This document shows positions 46,465 through 55,721 of a stretch of DNA of 64,000 bases, one piece after another (within the stretch, counting starts at the first letter, position 1; each line of letters starts with the position of its first letter). Made by a program: the position numbers and the translations under genes. Where the stretch lies: the IMG/VR virus record IMGVR_UViG_3300032242_002041, positions 164,287 through 228,286 of that record. One strand, 5' to 3'. The notes beneath the pieces were generated by a model. It was given only the letters and a program-made list of their open reading frames with translations, did not search any database and had not been told where the DNA came from.

Positions 46465-46493
46465 ATTATACTATATAGTGAATTAAAAATCAA
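46465..46493 (-). promoter_or_regulatory. sigma70-like promoter of clpA
   Basis: TTGATT-17-TATAAT. Confidence 0.6.
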
Positions 46494-46506
46494 TCTATAT
46501 GGATAG

Positions 46507-47298
46507 TTATTGATTACGGGTTTGAGCAATAGCATCCACTACGGATTCTGGAATATTTTCGGGTATTTGTGCCTGAATCCGTACAAACAAATCGCCAGCT
46601 GGCCCGGATCTTTGTCTAAGTCCCCGTTCGCGTAGTCTAAACATAGTTCCTGGTTGAGTTCGGGGTGGTACAGTTACACTCAGGGTGTTGCCCAAGATAT
46701 CACGAACTGGGATTTCCGCTCCCAAAATCAAATCCCAGACGCTAACGGCTTCTTCTGCAATTAAGTTAGCACCTTGTCGCTCCCAACGAGGATTAGGATG
46801 TATTCTAAAAGTAATCAACAAGTCCATGCCCATGGGTCCTGTTTTGGGATACTGTACTGTGTCGCCGTCGTTGATGTTTAGGGGTATTTCTATTTCTACA
46901 GTAACATTGCCTTGATGCGAACCCACGCTGATGGTTTTTCTTCCACCCTCGGCTACATCTTGTAAGGTTATCCATAGGCTCATGCGGGCCTGTTGTGTAC
47001 GTTGTTGATGTGGATGATGAAATTGTGCTCCAAACGCATTGAATATGTTTTCAAAATCAAACGATCCGCCATTGGTTCTAAAACTAAACCCGTGTTGCCC
47101 AAATGGATTAGGATTATCGTGTTGGGCACGTTGTTGTGGATCGCTTAAGGTGCGATATGCCTGTTCTATTTCTTGGAATTTGTTTTTGTCGCCGCCTTTA
47201 TCAGGGTGATGCTGACTGGCCAATCGACGATAAGCTCGTTTGATTTCTTCAGAGGAAGCGGTTTGATTAACGCCTAGTGTTTGATATGGATTTTGCAT
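46507..47298 (-). CDS. dnaJ: DnaJ/CbpA-like co-chaperone
   Basis: J-domain with HPD, G/F region, C-terminal domain, no Zn finger. Confidence 0.88.
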   Translation of the reverse strand: MQNPYQTLGVNQTASSEEIKRAYRRLASQHHPDKGGDKNKFQEIEQAYRTLSDPQQRAQHDNPNPFGQHGFSFRTNGGSFDFENIFNAFGAQFHHPHQQRTQQARMSLWITLQDVAEGGRKTISVGSHQGNVTVEIEIPLNINDGDTVQYPKTGPMGMDLLITFRIHPNPRWERQGANLIAEEAVSVWDLILGAEIPVRDILGNTLSVTVPPRTQPGTMFRLRERGLRQRSGPAGDLFVRIQAQIPENIPESVVDAIAQTRNQ

Positions 47299-47303
47299 AA
47301 AAT

Positions 47304-47338
47304 AAAAAAGCAGACAGCATAGTAATTATACTGTCTGC
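47304..47338 (-). terminator. putative terminator hairpin
   Basis: GCAGACAG/CTGTCTGC inverted repeat followed by a U-tract on the minus strand. Confidence 0.55.
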
Positions 47339-47353
47339 CAAGGGCGATGCGAA

Positions 47354-47566
47354 TTACTTCTTGGCTGGTTTTTTAGCTGGTGTAGGTGCCTTTTCTGGAA
47401 CCGCTGTTCCTTCTACCTTTTTGTGCGTCTTGATTGTTTTGCAAACTTCTTGTTTGGTTTTACTATCTTCGTGGCACACTTTCTGCATGACTGCTTCTGC
47501 GTGTGCAACTTCATAGCCAACTAAACTCCAAATTACAATGTTTAATGCAATTAAAAACTTTTTCAT
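47354..47566 (-). CDS. small secreted protein
   Basis: Signal peptide ending AHA, two Cys, basic tail. Confidence 0.65.
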   Translation of the reverse strand: MKKFLIALNIVIWSLVGYEVAHAEAVMQKVCHEDSKTKQEVCKTIKTHKKVEGTAVPEKAPTPAKKPAKK

Positions 47567-47567
47567 T

Positions 47568-47684
47568 TTACTTTCCTTTTAATAACCCTAAAAGTTTTGC
47601 CTGAATGTTCTTGGCAAAATCAGGTTGTGGTAAATTCCAACCTACAAATGCTCCTACTGCAATCCAAAATAATGTTTCTAACAT
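47568..47684 (-). CDS. 38-aa membrane peptide (not in ORF track)
   Basis: MLETLFWIAVGAFVGWNLPQPDFAKNIQAKLLGLLKGK with strong SD AAGGAG. Confidence 0.7.
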   Translation of the reverse strand: MLETLFWIAVGAFVGWNLPQPDFAKNIQAKLLGLLKGK

Positions 47685-47700
47685 GGTGATTCTCCTTTAG

Positions 47701-48330
47701 TTATAGTGCTGGGAATGATTGTGCAGGTCCCAAGGGTTTACCTGTGTTTGGGCAAGCTGGCGCTGGTGTCCCAAATGCAGGTGCTGGTGTGGAGCCAAAT
47801 GCAGGTGCTGGTGTGGAGCCAAATGCAGGTGCTGGCGCGGATCCATATGCTGGTGTTGCACTGCCGTAACCTCCTGTTGCAGGTGCGCCATATGCTGGTG
47901 CTCCGCCCATTGTTTGCGATCCATATCCATTATTAAATCCTCCACCCATATTGTTATTCATACCACCCATTGCACCGCCTGGAGGAACATACTGTGTACC
48001 TGCTCCTGGTCCAAATCCTTGACTTAATCCGCCATTCTCTGCTCCAGCCATTTTTTCTTTAGTACGGCCATATGCGGCAATACCTAATACAGCACCCATG
48101 GCAATATGGAAAAGTCCAGCACCTTGTAAGGTCAAGGGTTGCCATTGGCTATTAACTTGTCCGTGGTTAATTGCTTGATGTAGACTCCATAGTACCGGAA
48201 ACAACATAAAGTCGCAGGCACAGACAGCCATGTACATCCAACCCATCATTGGACGCCATTTGGCATTCATCCAATCTTCTTTTTTCTTTTCACTATCCGT
48301 AGAGTGATTGTATTCACTTAACTGTGACAT
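47701..48330 (-). CDS. putative holin (GTA 3TM-holin-like) with repetitive Gly/Pro tail
   Basis: WRPMMGWMY, TM helices, LGIAAYGRTKEK; in lysis cassette. Confidence 0.7.
   Translation of the reverse strand: MSQLSEYNHSTDSEKKKEDWMNAKWRPMMGWMYMAVCACDFMLFPVLWSLHQAINHGQVNSQWQPLTLQGAGLFHIAMGAVLGIAAYGRTKEKMAGAENGGLSQGFGPGAGTQYVPPGGAMGGMNNNMGGGFNNGYGSQTMGGAPAYGAPATGGYGSATPAYGSAPAPAFGSTPAPAFGSTPAPAFGTPAPACPNTGKPLGPAQSFPAL
47760..47860. repeat. 24-bp tandem repeat encoding (GSTPAPAF)n
   Basis: gcaggtgctggtgtggagccaaat repeated, with degenerate flanking copies. Confidence 0.85.
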
Positions 48331-48379
48331 ACCTGCTCCTTTTTATTATTATTATTATATTTACTACAAAACTACTTTA

Positions 48380-48664
48380 TTACTTTGCTTCGTCTACGTT
48401 TCCTGCGTGATAATTGGCCAATGCTTCCGCTTCTTTAGCGGCTTCAATTAAGGCGGCTGTTTCGGCCTGTGCTTTGGTTGCAGCGGCCAATGCAGCTAAA
48501 TGTGCGGCCTTGCTAAACTTGGCGGCACGCTGTTTGGCATCTGCCAAGGCACGTTCCGCGGCCGCAACATCATCAATTGCTTCTGTGGACAACTTTTTAG
48601 CATTGGTAAATGCTTCTTTTAACTTGCCCGCTACTGTTTGTTCTAATCGAGTAAACCAACCCAT
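48380..48664 (-). CDS. Ala-rich coiled-coil protein
   Basis: SD AAGGAG before ATG 48664. Confidence 0.65.
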   Translation of the reverse strand: MGWFTRLEQTVAGKLKEAFTNAKKLSTEAIDDVAAAERALADAKQRAAKFSKAAHLAALAAATKAQAETAALIEAAKEAEALANYHAGNVDEAK

Positions 48665-48674
48665 TTTATTCTCC

Positions 48675-48932
48675 TTAAACGGCTCCAGCAATCATAATTA
48701 GCCCGGTAATACAAGTGTTTAAAGTTTCTTTAAACGACAAGGCACTCATGTCATTTAGAATGGCCAATTGATTTTGAGCGTCCTTAAGGATTTCTGCTGT
48801 GTCTTGTGGCGACATTTGTCCTGCCTTGGCTTGTTCTACGATTTGATTTATTTGCGAGGCAAAATTAGCAAATGTTGGATCACCAGAGTTGGCGATATTA
48901 TAAAGTTGTTGTTGAATTTCATCTAGTGTCAT
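48675..48932 (-). CDS. hypothetical protein
   Basis: Operon ORF in the lysis region. Confidence 0.65.
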   Translation of the reverse strand: MTLDEIQQQLYNIANSGDPTFANFASQINQIVEQAKAGQMSPQDTAEILKDAQNQLAILNDMSALSFKETLNTCITGLIMIAGAV

Positions 48933-49327
48933 CTTGGTCTATTTCCTATAACGTGTTGTATTACTCGGGCACTGTTCTCAATACTTGTGTATTTTAACTT
49001 ACAGAACAAGGGAGGAACAGGAGGTGTATCATAACGTTTGGCTAACCCTTGCGCTATATCATTTAAACTTTTAGCGGCCTTATAACTATCTGTGTTATTA
49101 GGAATCTGCTCGCTGTAAACTTCATATAACTCTGTCTTGCGGGCTAATGCAACAGCATTTGGTTGTGCTACCAATGGATTGCTACAGCCATCTCGATAGT
49201 ATGCAGCATCTACACGAATCTCAGTTATAATACGATATTCATTGGAATCAAAGCTGGTCATCATTATAGCGTCATAAACAGCACAGCTTGACAACACAGG
49301 CAACAGTAGCAAGACTAATCTTTTCAT
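48929..49327 (-). CDS. lipoprotein
   Basis: Lipobox LSSC. Confidence 0.7.
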   Translation of the reverse strand: MKRLVLLLLPVLSSCAVYDAIMMTSFDSNEYRIITEIRVDAAYYRDGCSNPLVAQPNAVALARKTELYEVYSEQIPNNTDSYKAAKSLNDIAQGLAKRYDTPPVPPLFCKLKYTSIENSARVIQHVIGNRPR

Positions 49328-49596
49328 TGTGCGCCTTGGTAAATTTGCTTGTGTGTGTTATACCAATTTTGCCAGGCTTCATACCGGTCTTTAAGAATAT
49401 AGTATTTAGAAAAATTAGTGTTGGCGTTGTCAATTAGGTCGCTTAATTTGGTTTGGTCGGCGGCCAACGGGGTTAGGTCTTCGGCAGGTTCCATTAGTTC
49501 GGCGGGTGCATCGGGCCATTTAATATTGATCGGTGCAACTTTGGTGGCACATCCAACTAGACCAACAAGCATTACAGCAATAAGTAATCGTTTCAT
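49324..49596 (-). CDS. o-spanin (Rz1-like lipoprotein)
   Basis: Lipobox LVGC, Pro-rich, follows i-spanin. Confidence 0.75.
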   Translation of the reverse strand: MKRLLIAVMLVGLVGCATKVAPINIKWPDAPAELMEPAEDLTPLAADQTKLSDLIDNANTNFSKYYILKDRYEAWQNWYNTHKQIYQGAQ

Positions 49597-50066
49597 TTTG
49601 TTGGTCCTAATATCTTACTACCGGAGTTTTTTACGGCACGGTTATAGTCTTCCCATGCGTCACTATTGATCTTATTGCAATCAGCATTGATCTTGTCTCG
49701 GTCTTTCTGAATAATAACACTTACTCCATAAGCACGACCTTTAACTAAGTGTGCATTGGCATCAAGTGCTTGACTTAATTGTTGATTAGCTGCCTTGGCC
49801 TGTTCGTCAGCAATGTCTGCCTTGTGTTGTGCTTCTATAACATCGGCTTTGTACACGGCAATCACACCGGCACCACCATACATAAACACACCGGTCAGCA
49901 TGGCAATAAACGCCACAGGTTTGATAAACTTGGCATACAGGCTAAACTGTGGCAAATGACTGATAACACCAGCAAAGAACCAGATCACAAAAGCACCACC
50001 GGCCAGAGCAGGCCATAGCCAGTCTGGAATGTTGCCTAAGGCGTAGTGGACAAATAATTCAAACAT
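49593..50066 (-). CDS. i-spanin (Rz-like)
   Basis: N-terminal TM helices plus coiled coil with C-terminal Cys, after endolysin. Confidence 0.7.
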   Translation of the reverse strand: MFELFVHYALGNIPDWLWPALAGGAFVIWFFAGVISHLPQFSLYAKFIKPVAFIAMLTGVFMYGGAGVIAVYKADVIEAQHKADIADEQAKAANQQLSQALDANAHLVKGRAYGVSVIIQKDRDKINADCNKINSDAWEDYNRAVKNSGSKILGPTK

Positions 50067-50677
50067 TATGAACTAAACACCTGCATGGCCTGCAGGTAAC
50101 GATGCTGACGATCATCTAATCCCAAGGTGCCGCCATTGATCTTCTTGGTCATGGTAACAAAGTCTCCCGAGTCAGCATAAGAATTTAAGTTGTTGTTTTC
50201 CCAGAACCAGCAGGCACTTTGAACAGCACCTTCAAATGTTTGTAGGAACGCAGGAACATCATTGATCGCCATACCAACTGAATCAGCAAACGCTTGATAG
50301 TTTACACGCCCTGTAACTTGTAACAAGCCTCGGCCGCAAAAGTTCCAACCGTCGCCTGACGCTTCATCGCCATTGCCCATACGGCCAGCATAGGCACGGT
50401 TGGCAATACGTTCTGGATTGTGAGCGTATTGCTCGGCGATATCTGGAGTAAAGTGGCTAGGCCAGACCCGACAAAGACTGGCCGCTTGATAGTTTAAGTT
50501 TTCATGTAAGGCAGAATAACCACCCGACTCGTGTGCTGTTTGTGCTAAGAATGCCGCCACACGCTGTGGTGTAGTGATATCATAATCTGGTAGTATTTTG
50601 TTCAAGGCTTCGCACCAATGGTCAACATAAGGGTTGCCCGGTAGGATTTGTGCTAATTGATCTTGTCTGATTTCCAT
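50066..50677 (-). CDS. glycoside hydrolase family 19 endolysin
   Basis: AAFLAQTAHESG, ENLNY, GRGLLQVTGR.NY, TKKINGG. Confidence 0.92.
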   Translation of the reverse strand: MEIRQDQLAQILPGNPYVDHWCEALNKILPDYDITTPQRVAAFLAQTAHESGGYSALHENLNYQAASLCRVWPSHFTPDIAEQYAHNPERIANRAYAGRMGNGDEASGDGWNFCGRGLLQVTGRVNYQAFADSVGMAINDVPAFLQTFEGAVQSACWFWENNNLNSYADSGDFVTMTKKINGGTLGLDDRQHRYLQAMQVFSS

Positions 50678-50719
50678 GGTATTGTGCTCCGTTGATACCA
50701 ATATTTAGCTGATCAAGTG

Positions 50720-51379
50720 TTACAAACTATAAGGGCTCCGACTTCTTAATATACGCAGAAAATCTCTAGTTTTGTCTGTAACTACACCGGTCATCTGTAG
50801 TGTAATCCTGGGGCCATGTCCTGCGTTGGCAGTTGAGTGTGGAATGTTTTGCCAGTCAAAAGTGTGAACATCACCGGCACGCCATCCTGTATGGAGATAG
50901 TTGCCGTAGCTAAAGAAATGTCCTGGTTCATAGTCGTTGAGCGCAATCATAACTCGCATGACTTTGGAAGGGTCTTCTGGATTCCACTTTTCTAGTTTGT
51001 CTAAATGTAAGTTCCAAACTTGTCCTGGTTGTTGAACGTGCAAGCGCATTTTACAGTTGTCCATGCCAAACCATACAGCAATTTTGTTAAATGTTTCCGG
51101 AACGTCCCAGGATAGGTCACCAACAATATGATCTTTGCCGTAGCCAAACTGCTCAAGATCGTAATCCTCTTGATCGTATTCTTCTGCAGGACGGTCAGCA
51201 CCCCGGCCACGAGTACGCCATGTTTTAGGCTTTGCCAGCTCTACAATAGTTGCTAGCTCATCTTGCCAAAATGGCGAAATATTACCTAGGCTAGTAACAC
51301 AGTCTTGATCTGGATCAAATCTAAAATTATCAAAATGATACGTACTACGCTGTTTAGTTAATTCCCAACTTCCGTTCAT
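50720..51379 (-). CDS. 2OG-Fe(II) oxygenase / Asp-Asn beta-hydroxylase-like cupin
   Basis: HLD...PHSTANAG..PRITLQ (HxD..H..R). Confidence 0.7.
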   Translation of the reverse strand: MNGSWELTKQRSTYHFDNFRFDPDQDCVTSLGNISPFWQDELATIVELAKPKTWRTRGRGADRPAEEYDQEDYDLEQFGYGKDHIVGDLSWDVPETFNKIAVWFGMDNCKMRLHVQQPGQVWNLHLDKLEKWNPEDPSKVMRVMIALNDYEPGHFFSYGNYLHTGWRAGDVHTFDWQNIPHSTANAGHGPRITLQMTGVVTDKTRDFLRILRSRSPYSL

Positions 51380-51993
51380 ATTACTTTGACTCCTAAGTCT
51401 GATTTGTTGTAATTCTGCTTATACTCGTCTGGTGCAGGTTGAATACCCAATATGTGTGCTAGAGCAAAATTATCAGTGGGCATCATACCTGTGTATTTGT
51501 CCCATGCCAGTTGAATATCTCTGTTTTGATCAGCTATAATTCCTGCCATGGTTCGTAAATCTTTATAATACTTAGTATAGCTAGGATAGGTAATGTTGAA
51601 ATGCCCGCACTTGACCCACCAACCCAAACATGCATCATCGCCGCGGTGTGCTAAGATAATAGGAGCATCTGGCCAGGTATGACGCAAGAAGTCAATGTTG
51701 TGAGCAAAAATATGGCTCTTGATAATACGCACACCTTCACCACTAAACGGTTCATCAAACCGCCGTTCTAATTCTGCTTTGCTCAAAGTGCTAAGATCTG
51801 CCGGTAAGTCAAATTCCATGCCTGGATCAAAGTACGCACCTAGATGCATGAGCTCAAGTTGTCCAGGAGCATCGTGCCAGTATGTGCGCTCTTCTGAGTA
51901 GTCACTACGATCAACACTGGAACTATAGTAAATATTTTTAATTAAACTTGACCACTTGCTACCAGGAGCGGCTGCACAAAATATATATTTCAT
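51376..51993 (-). CDS. sulfotransferase-fold/P-loop-like protein
   Basis: N-terminal APGSKWS loop, IIKSH, IILAHR. Confidence 0.5.
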   Translation of the reverse strand: MKYIFCAAAPGSKWSSLIKNIYYSSSVDRSDYSEERTYWHDAPGQLELMHLGAYFDPGMEFDLPADLSTLSKAELERRFDEPFSGEGVRIIKSHIFAHNIDFLRHTWPDAPIILAHRGDDACLGWWVKCGHFNITYPSYTKYYKDLRTMAGIIADQNRDIQLAWDKYTGMMPTDNFALAHILGIQPAPDEYKQNYNKSDLGVKVI

Positions 51994-52970
51994 TAATTGG
52001 TTCCTTCTGCGCTGATGTACTTTTGCATAGGCAAGAAGGTGGCACGTAGATCTTCTATCTGCTGATTTAATCCCTTGGGAGTAAGTTCACGCTCTTCAAC
52101 AAAGACCAAATTTTGGTCGCACCACTCTCGATATTCTTTAGTTTTCATTGCGGCGCTAAATGTTCGTTGATACCAAGCAACAATGTCTTTAGGAGTTTTA
52201 GGCGGAAGTGCTATTGCCCATCCGGCATAAACATTAATACCTGGAGCAATTGTGCTTAAGAATGGAACATTGGGATATTGTGCTAACTTACGATCGCCGG
52301 TGAATCCAATGATTTTTACTTTACCAGCATCAGCTAAAGGATGAGCTACAGCAATAGGCATTATTCCAAATTCTGTGCCACCGGCATCCAGACTGGCCAC
52401 ACTGGTAACTGCTTGCAATGGACCTTGGAACTTGATAAACTTGACCTGATCACGCTTGCCATTGCCTTTGACCATCAAGTATTCATAAGCCATGCGATGT
52501 GCGCCCCCGCCAATGGCCACGTTAATAGGTCGATCTGTGGTAGAAATTAATCGCACAAAATCTATAGGAGTGTTTACCCGGCTGTTGGGCCAGGCTACCA
52601 ATACCAACGGACTCTTGCCCATGGTCAATACGTATTCAAATGAATTGTAATCAAATTTTTTAACTTTCTTTTCCCAAATATCATTAGTAACAAACGTACT
52701 CATATGGCTAGGAATACCTGCGGTGTAACCGTCGGGAGCAGCATCGTACACATAATTCATGCCTACCACTGAGTCAGCACCGGGTTTATTTTCAATAACA
52801 AATTTAACCTTGCTCATTTTCTTTTCTGAAATGATGCTGGCTAACTTACGAAAAGCAATTTCATTTCCTGCTCCAGGAGCATTACCTATAACAACAATTA
52901 CAGGTTTTGTGGGTTCCCAGGCAAATGCCAGTGTGGGTATTAATAATAGTATTGCTAACAAACGTTTCAT
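51993..52970 (-). CDS. tripartite tricarboxylate transporter substrate-binding protein (Bug/TctC)
   Basis: Signal peptide, APGAG, IENKPGA, APDGYT, PPKTPKDIV. Confidence 0.85.
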   Translation of the reverse strand: MKRLLAILLLIPTLAFAWEPTKPVIVVIGNAPGAGNEIAFRKLASIISEKKMSKVKFVIENKPGADSVVGMNYVYDAAPDGYTAGIPSHMSTFVTNDIWEKKVKKFDYNSFEYVLTMGKSPLVLVAWPNSRVNTPIDFVRLISTTDRPINVAIGGGAHRMAYEYLMVKGNGKRDQVKFIKFQGPLQAVTSVASLDAGGTEFGIMPIAVAHPLADAGKVKIIGFTGDRKLAQYPNVPFLSTIAPGINVYAGWAIALPPKTPKDIVAWYQRTFSAAMKTKEYREWCDQNLVFVEERELTPKGLNQQIEDLRATFLPMQKYISAEGTN

Positions 52971-52971
52971 T

Positions 52972-53523
52972 TTAGTCCTTGAATAATAAATTTTTAATTT
53001 CGTCGGGTATCCAGGGTTCCTTCATGCGCTCTGGATGCCATACTACTCCTGCTATGTTGGCATCAATCCAGGCTTCGATGTTTCCTTCTGGGTCTGTTGC
53101 CAATGGTGTTGCTTGTTTGGGCAATCGTGTAATTGCTAGGCCATGGTAACTGTTTACCTGATGTTGATCTCCGAAATACATAATGGTATGTTCTGTATTA
53201 TGATGCCCAATAACATCTTCAACTTCGCCACCTAATACTTCTGCTAATAAAAATGCACCATGACAAACACCAACTACGGGTTTTCGTCTAAGTGTCATCT
53301 GTCCCGCTAATTTTAATTCTATTGTGCGGCGGAGAGCTGAATCGTCACCACCTGTGATAATCACGGCGTCTAAATCTACTGCTAACTGCTCAAAATCTTG
53401 ATCGGTTCTATTTGCAATAGGAACAAGCGTATGGCCCTTAAGGTATGAATACCAGGAGTGGGAGCTAGAGTCATACGCCTGTCCGTTATGATATAGGATT
53501 CGTTGTGTTAATCCTATCTTCAA
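52972..53523 (-). CDS. class I glutamine amidotransferase (peptidase C26-like)
   Basis: TGGDD, GVCHG, VNSYH, WHPE triad. Confidence 0.88.
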   Translation of the reverse strand: MKIGLTQRILYHNGQAYDSSSHSWYSYLKGHTLVPIANRTDQDFEQLAVDLDAVIITGGDDSALRRTIELKLAGQMTLRRKPVVGVCHGAFLLAEVLGGEVEDVIGHHNTEHTIMYFGDQHQVNSYHGLAITRLPKQATPLATDPEGNIEAWIDANIAGVVWHPERMKEPWIPDEIKNLLFKD

Positions 53524-53524
53524 A

Positions 53525-54220
53525 TTACCAACCGTATGCGTCTGCTACTAGCTCTCGTCCAGCTTCGGCCGCTACAGTGTTCTTGCATGAAATTTCATAC
53601 AAGTCTTTACGCATAGCGGCAACCAAAGTTTCAACTCGAGCAGCAACTTCTGCGTCTGTAACTAACTGCTCTAACTTACGAGCACCAATCTTGGCATGGA
53701 AACCTTCGTCCTTGGCAATCTTGGCATAACTCTTACGAATAAATTCGTCCTCAACACACTCAGCCATTGTGTTCCAAACAGCTTCAGCACGACCTTCAGC
53801 AACTAGTTGATAAGCAGCAAGAGCAACTGGATCATTTTCTGCTTCGTACTTAGCAAGTAGGCCAGCACCTTTGGCAGTTGGTTTAGCAGCTTCACGGGCA
53901 ATAGCGGCTTCAACATCAACTGGTGCTCCTGTGATATGTTCAATAACATCTTTAACCATACGGAAATGAACGGCTTCATCATGGGCTTGCTGAGTTAGTA
54001 GCTGGAGTTCTACTGGATCAGCATCTGCTGGCATTTGTGCAATAGCTTGGCTGATTTCAACCATGTTCATGCGCTCATTGACCATACGGCCAATGAAGTG
54101 CTCTACTAGCTCTTCTTGAGCTGGCTTGCTGTCAAAGTAAGCCCGAACATTGTGTTGGCTTGCTTGAAATAGGGCTTGGTTGTCTGCTACAATCTTGGCA
54201 ACAAATTGTTTACTGTTCAT
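53525..54220 (-). CDS. ferritin-like diiron protein
   Basis: E...DEAVH and E...DEGFH paired ExxH motifs. Confidence 0.75.
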   Translation of the reverse strand: MNSKQFVAKIVADNQALFQASQHNVRAYFDSKPAQEELVEHFIGRMVNERMNMVEISQAIAQMPADADPVELQLLTQQAHDEAVHFRMVKDVIEHITGAPVDVEAAIAREAAKPTAKGAGLLAKYEAENDPVALAAYQLVAEGRAEAVWNTMAECVEDEFIRKSYAKIAKDEGFHAKIGARKLEQLVTDAEVAARVETLVAAMRKDLYEISCKNTVAAEAGRELVADAYGW

Positions 54221-54312
54221 AAAATCTCCTTAAATAGTTATCATGAAATTACAAGAGGCATAAAATTTTTTATCTCTTTGTAAAATTATTTACCTGAAAC
54301 GGAAATTTTTTA

Positions 54313-55041
54313 ATGAATACCAAAATTTATAAGCTAATACAGAAAAATTTGTATGATACCTTTAATTTGCCCAAGTACAAAGATGTTATTGTCACACCCG
54401 ATACTCGAGTAGATGAGTTGCCTTGGACTCCTGCACGTTATCGCAAGTTTAAAGACGCAGTAGAAACAGAGTTAATGTTAGAGGATTGTGACTTTAATGG
54501 CCCGCTACTTAAAATTGTAGACACTATCAGCGAACGCTACATTCTACGTTTTTTTGGAGAAATTTGGAAACCCAGAACTGATGACTATAATCACACTGGC
54601 TGGAGCCTGGTTGAAGAAATTAACAAACTTGACCCTAAAAATGTATTAGATGTAGGTTGTGGATACCACCCATTTAAAGGGCGCATTCAAAACCTAATAG
54701 GTATTGATCCATACAATGCGGCCGCTGATTATCAAGTTGACATTTTAGAATATCGGGTTAAACACAAGCACGATGTTATTATTGCTCTTGGATCAATTAA
54801 CTTTAATAGTCAAGATGAAATTGAAGCTAGATTTGGGCATTGTGTAGATTTACTTGAAACCGGTGGCCGCTTCTATCTACGTGCCAACCCAGGAATTGCA
54901 CACAAGGCAGGACCATATGTAGAAATATTTCCTTGGACGTTTGAAATAGTAAACGAGTTTGCTGAACGATATAATCTTAAATTGTTAGAGTTTAAAAAGG
55001 ATGCTAACAATCGTTTATATTTTGTTTACGAAAAACTTTAA
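54313..55041 (+). CDS. class I SAM methyltransferase with ACP-like N-terminal domain
   Basis: VLDVGCG, IGIDP, LGSINF; divergent from the ferritin operon; TAAATA at 54231. Confidence 0.75.
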   Translation: MNTKIYKLIQKNLYDTFNLPKYKDVIVTPDTRVDELPWTPARYRKFKDAVETELMLEDCDFNGPLLKIVDTISERYILRFFGEIWKPRTDDYNHTGWSLVEEINKLDPKNVLDVGCGYHPFKGRIQNLIGIDPYNAAADYQVDILEYRVKHKHDVIIALGSINFNSQDEIEARFGHCVDLLETGGRFYLRANPGIAHKAGPYVEIFPWTFEIVNEFAERYNLKLLEFKKDANNRLYFVYEKL

Positions 55042-55690
55042 TCATTAATTCGCCAGCGGCTTGATGTGCTGCTTCTAATGGGTGCCAGCTAGCAGTTTCG
55101 GGGTGCCCATTTTTACGACTCCAGTCTAAAAAATTTAATCCATCGAACTTGGTCATACGAGTTTTTACATAGTCTTGTAGATCCATAATTGCTGGGGTGG
55201 TATGCCACTGTTGATCAAATAGTAACTCATCCATATAGGTCATAACAAACGGAATATTTCTTTGATCAAGAGTATCTATAGCTAATTTTATATAACTTAA
55301 ACAGGTAAATTTATCTCGATACTCAGAATGTAAATCGCGATAGTAGACTTTTGCTATTTCTGTATTGTCTACGGGCATGATAGTTGACCAGTCTTGCCAG
55401 ACTGTTCCAATTTGTTTAGTATTATAATAATCAAACCGATCAATCCAGGTCCAGCTAATAACAAATAAATCAGAGTTATTGCTAGTAGACGCCTGATTTA
55501 ATACTTTTTCTAAAATTTGTAAATTGCCACTACCGGGTCTGGCAAAACATTCATATTGATAATTAAGATTTTTAGCTAAAATTGCTGGCCAGGTTTGTTG
55601 GCTTGGTACAATTGGGCCGCCTGGAACTATAACAGCATCGTTTAGATCACTGCCAAAGATAAATGAACAACCGAAACTTTTTAGAATCAT
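55004..55690 (-). CDS. SGNH/GDSL hydrolase-like protein
   Basis: FGCSFIFG, PGSGN, HPLEAAH. Confidence 0.65.
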   Translation of the reverse strand: MILKSFGCSFIFGSDLNDAVIVPGGPIVPSQQTWPAILAKNLNYQYECFARPGSGNLQILEKVLNQASTSNNSDLFVISWTWIDRFDYYNTKQIGTVWQDWSTIMPVDNTEIAKVYYRDLHSEYRDKFTCLSYIKLAIDTLDQRNIPFVMTYMDELLFDQQWHTTPAIMDLQDYVKTRMTKFDGLNFLDWSRKNGHPETASWHPLEAAHQAAGELMIKVFRKQNINDC

Positions 55691-55721
55691 AGGTAATTAT
55701 ATACCTACTTTTAAAACAAGA

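Noticed and set aside
47697-48027. Overlapping Cys/Trp- or His-rich ORFs as peptide precursors
   Set aside because: Shadow frames of the 24-bp repeat in the holin tail
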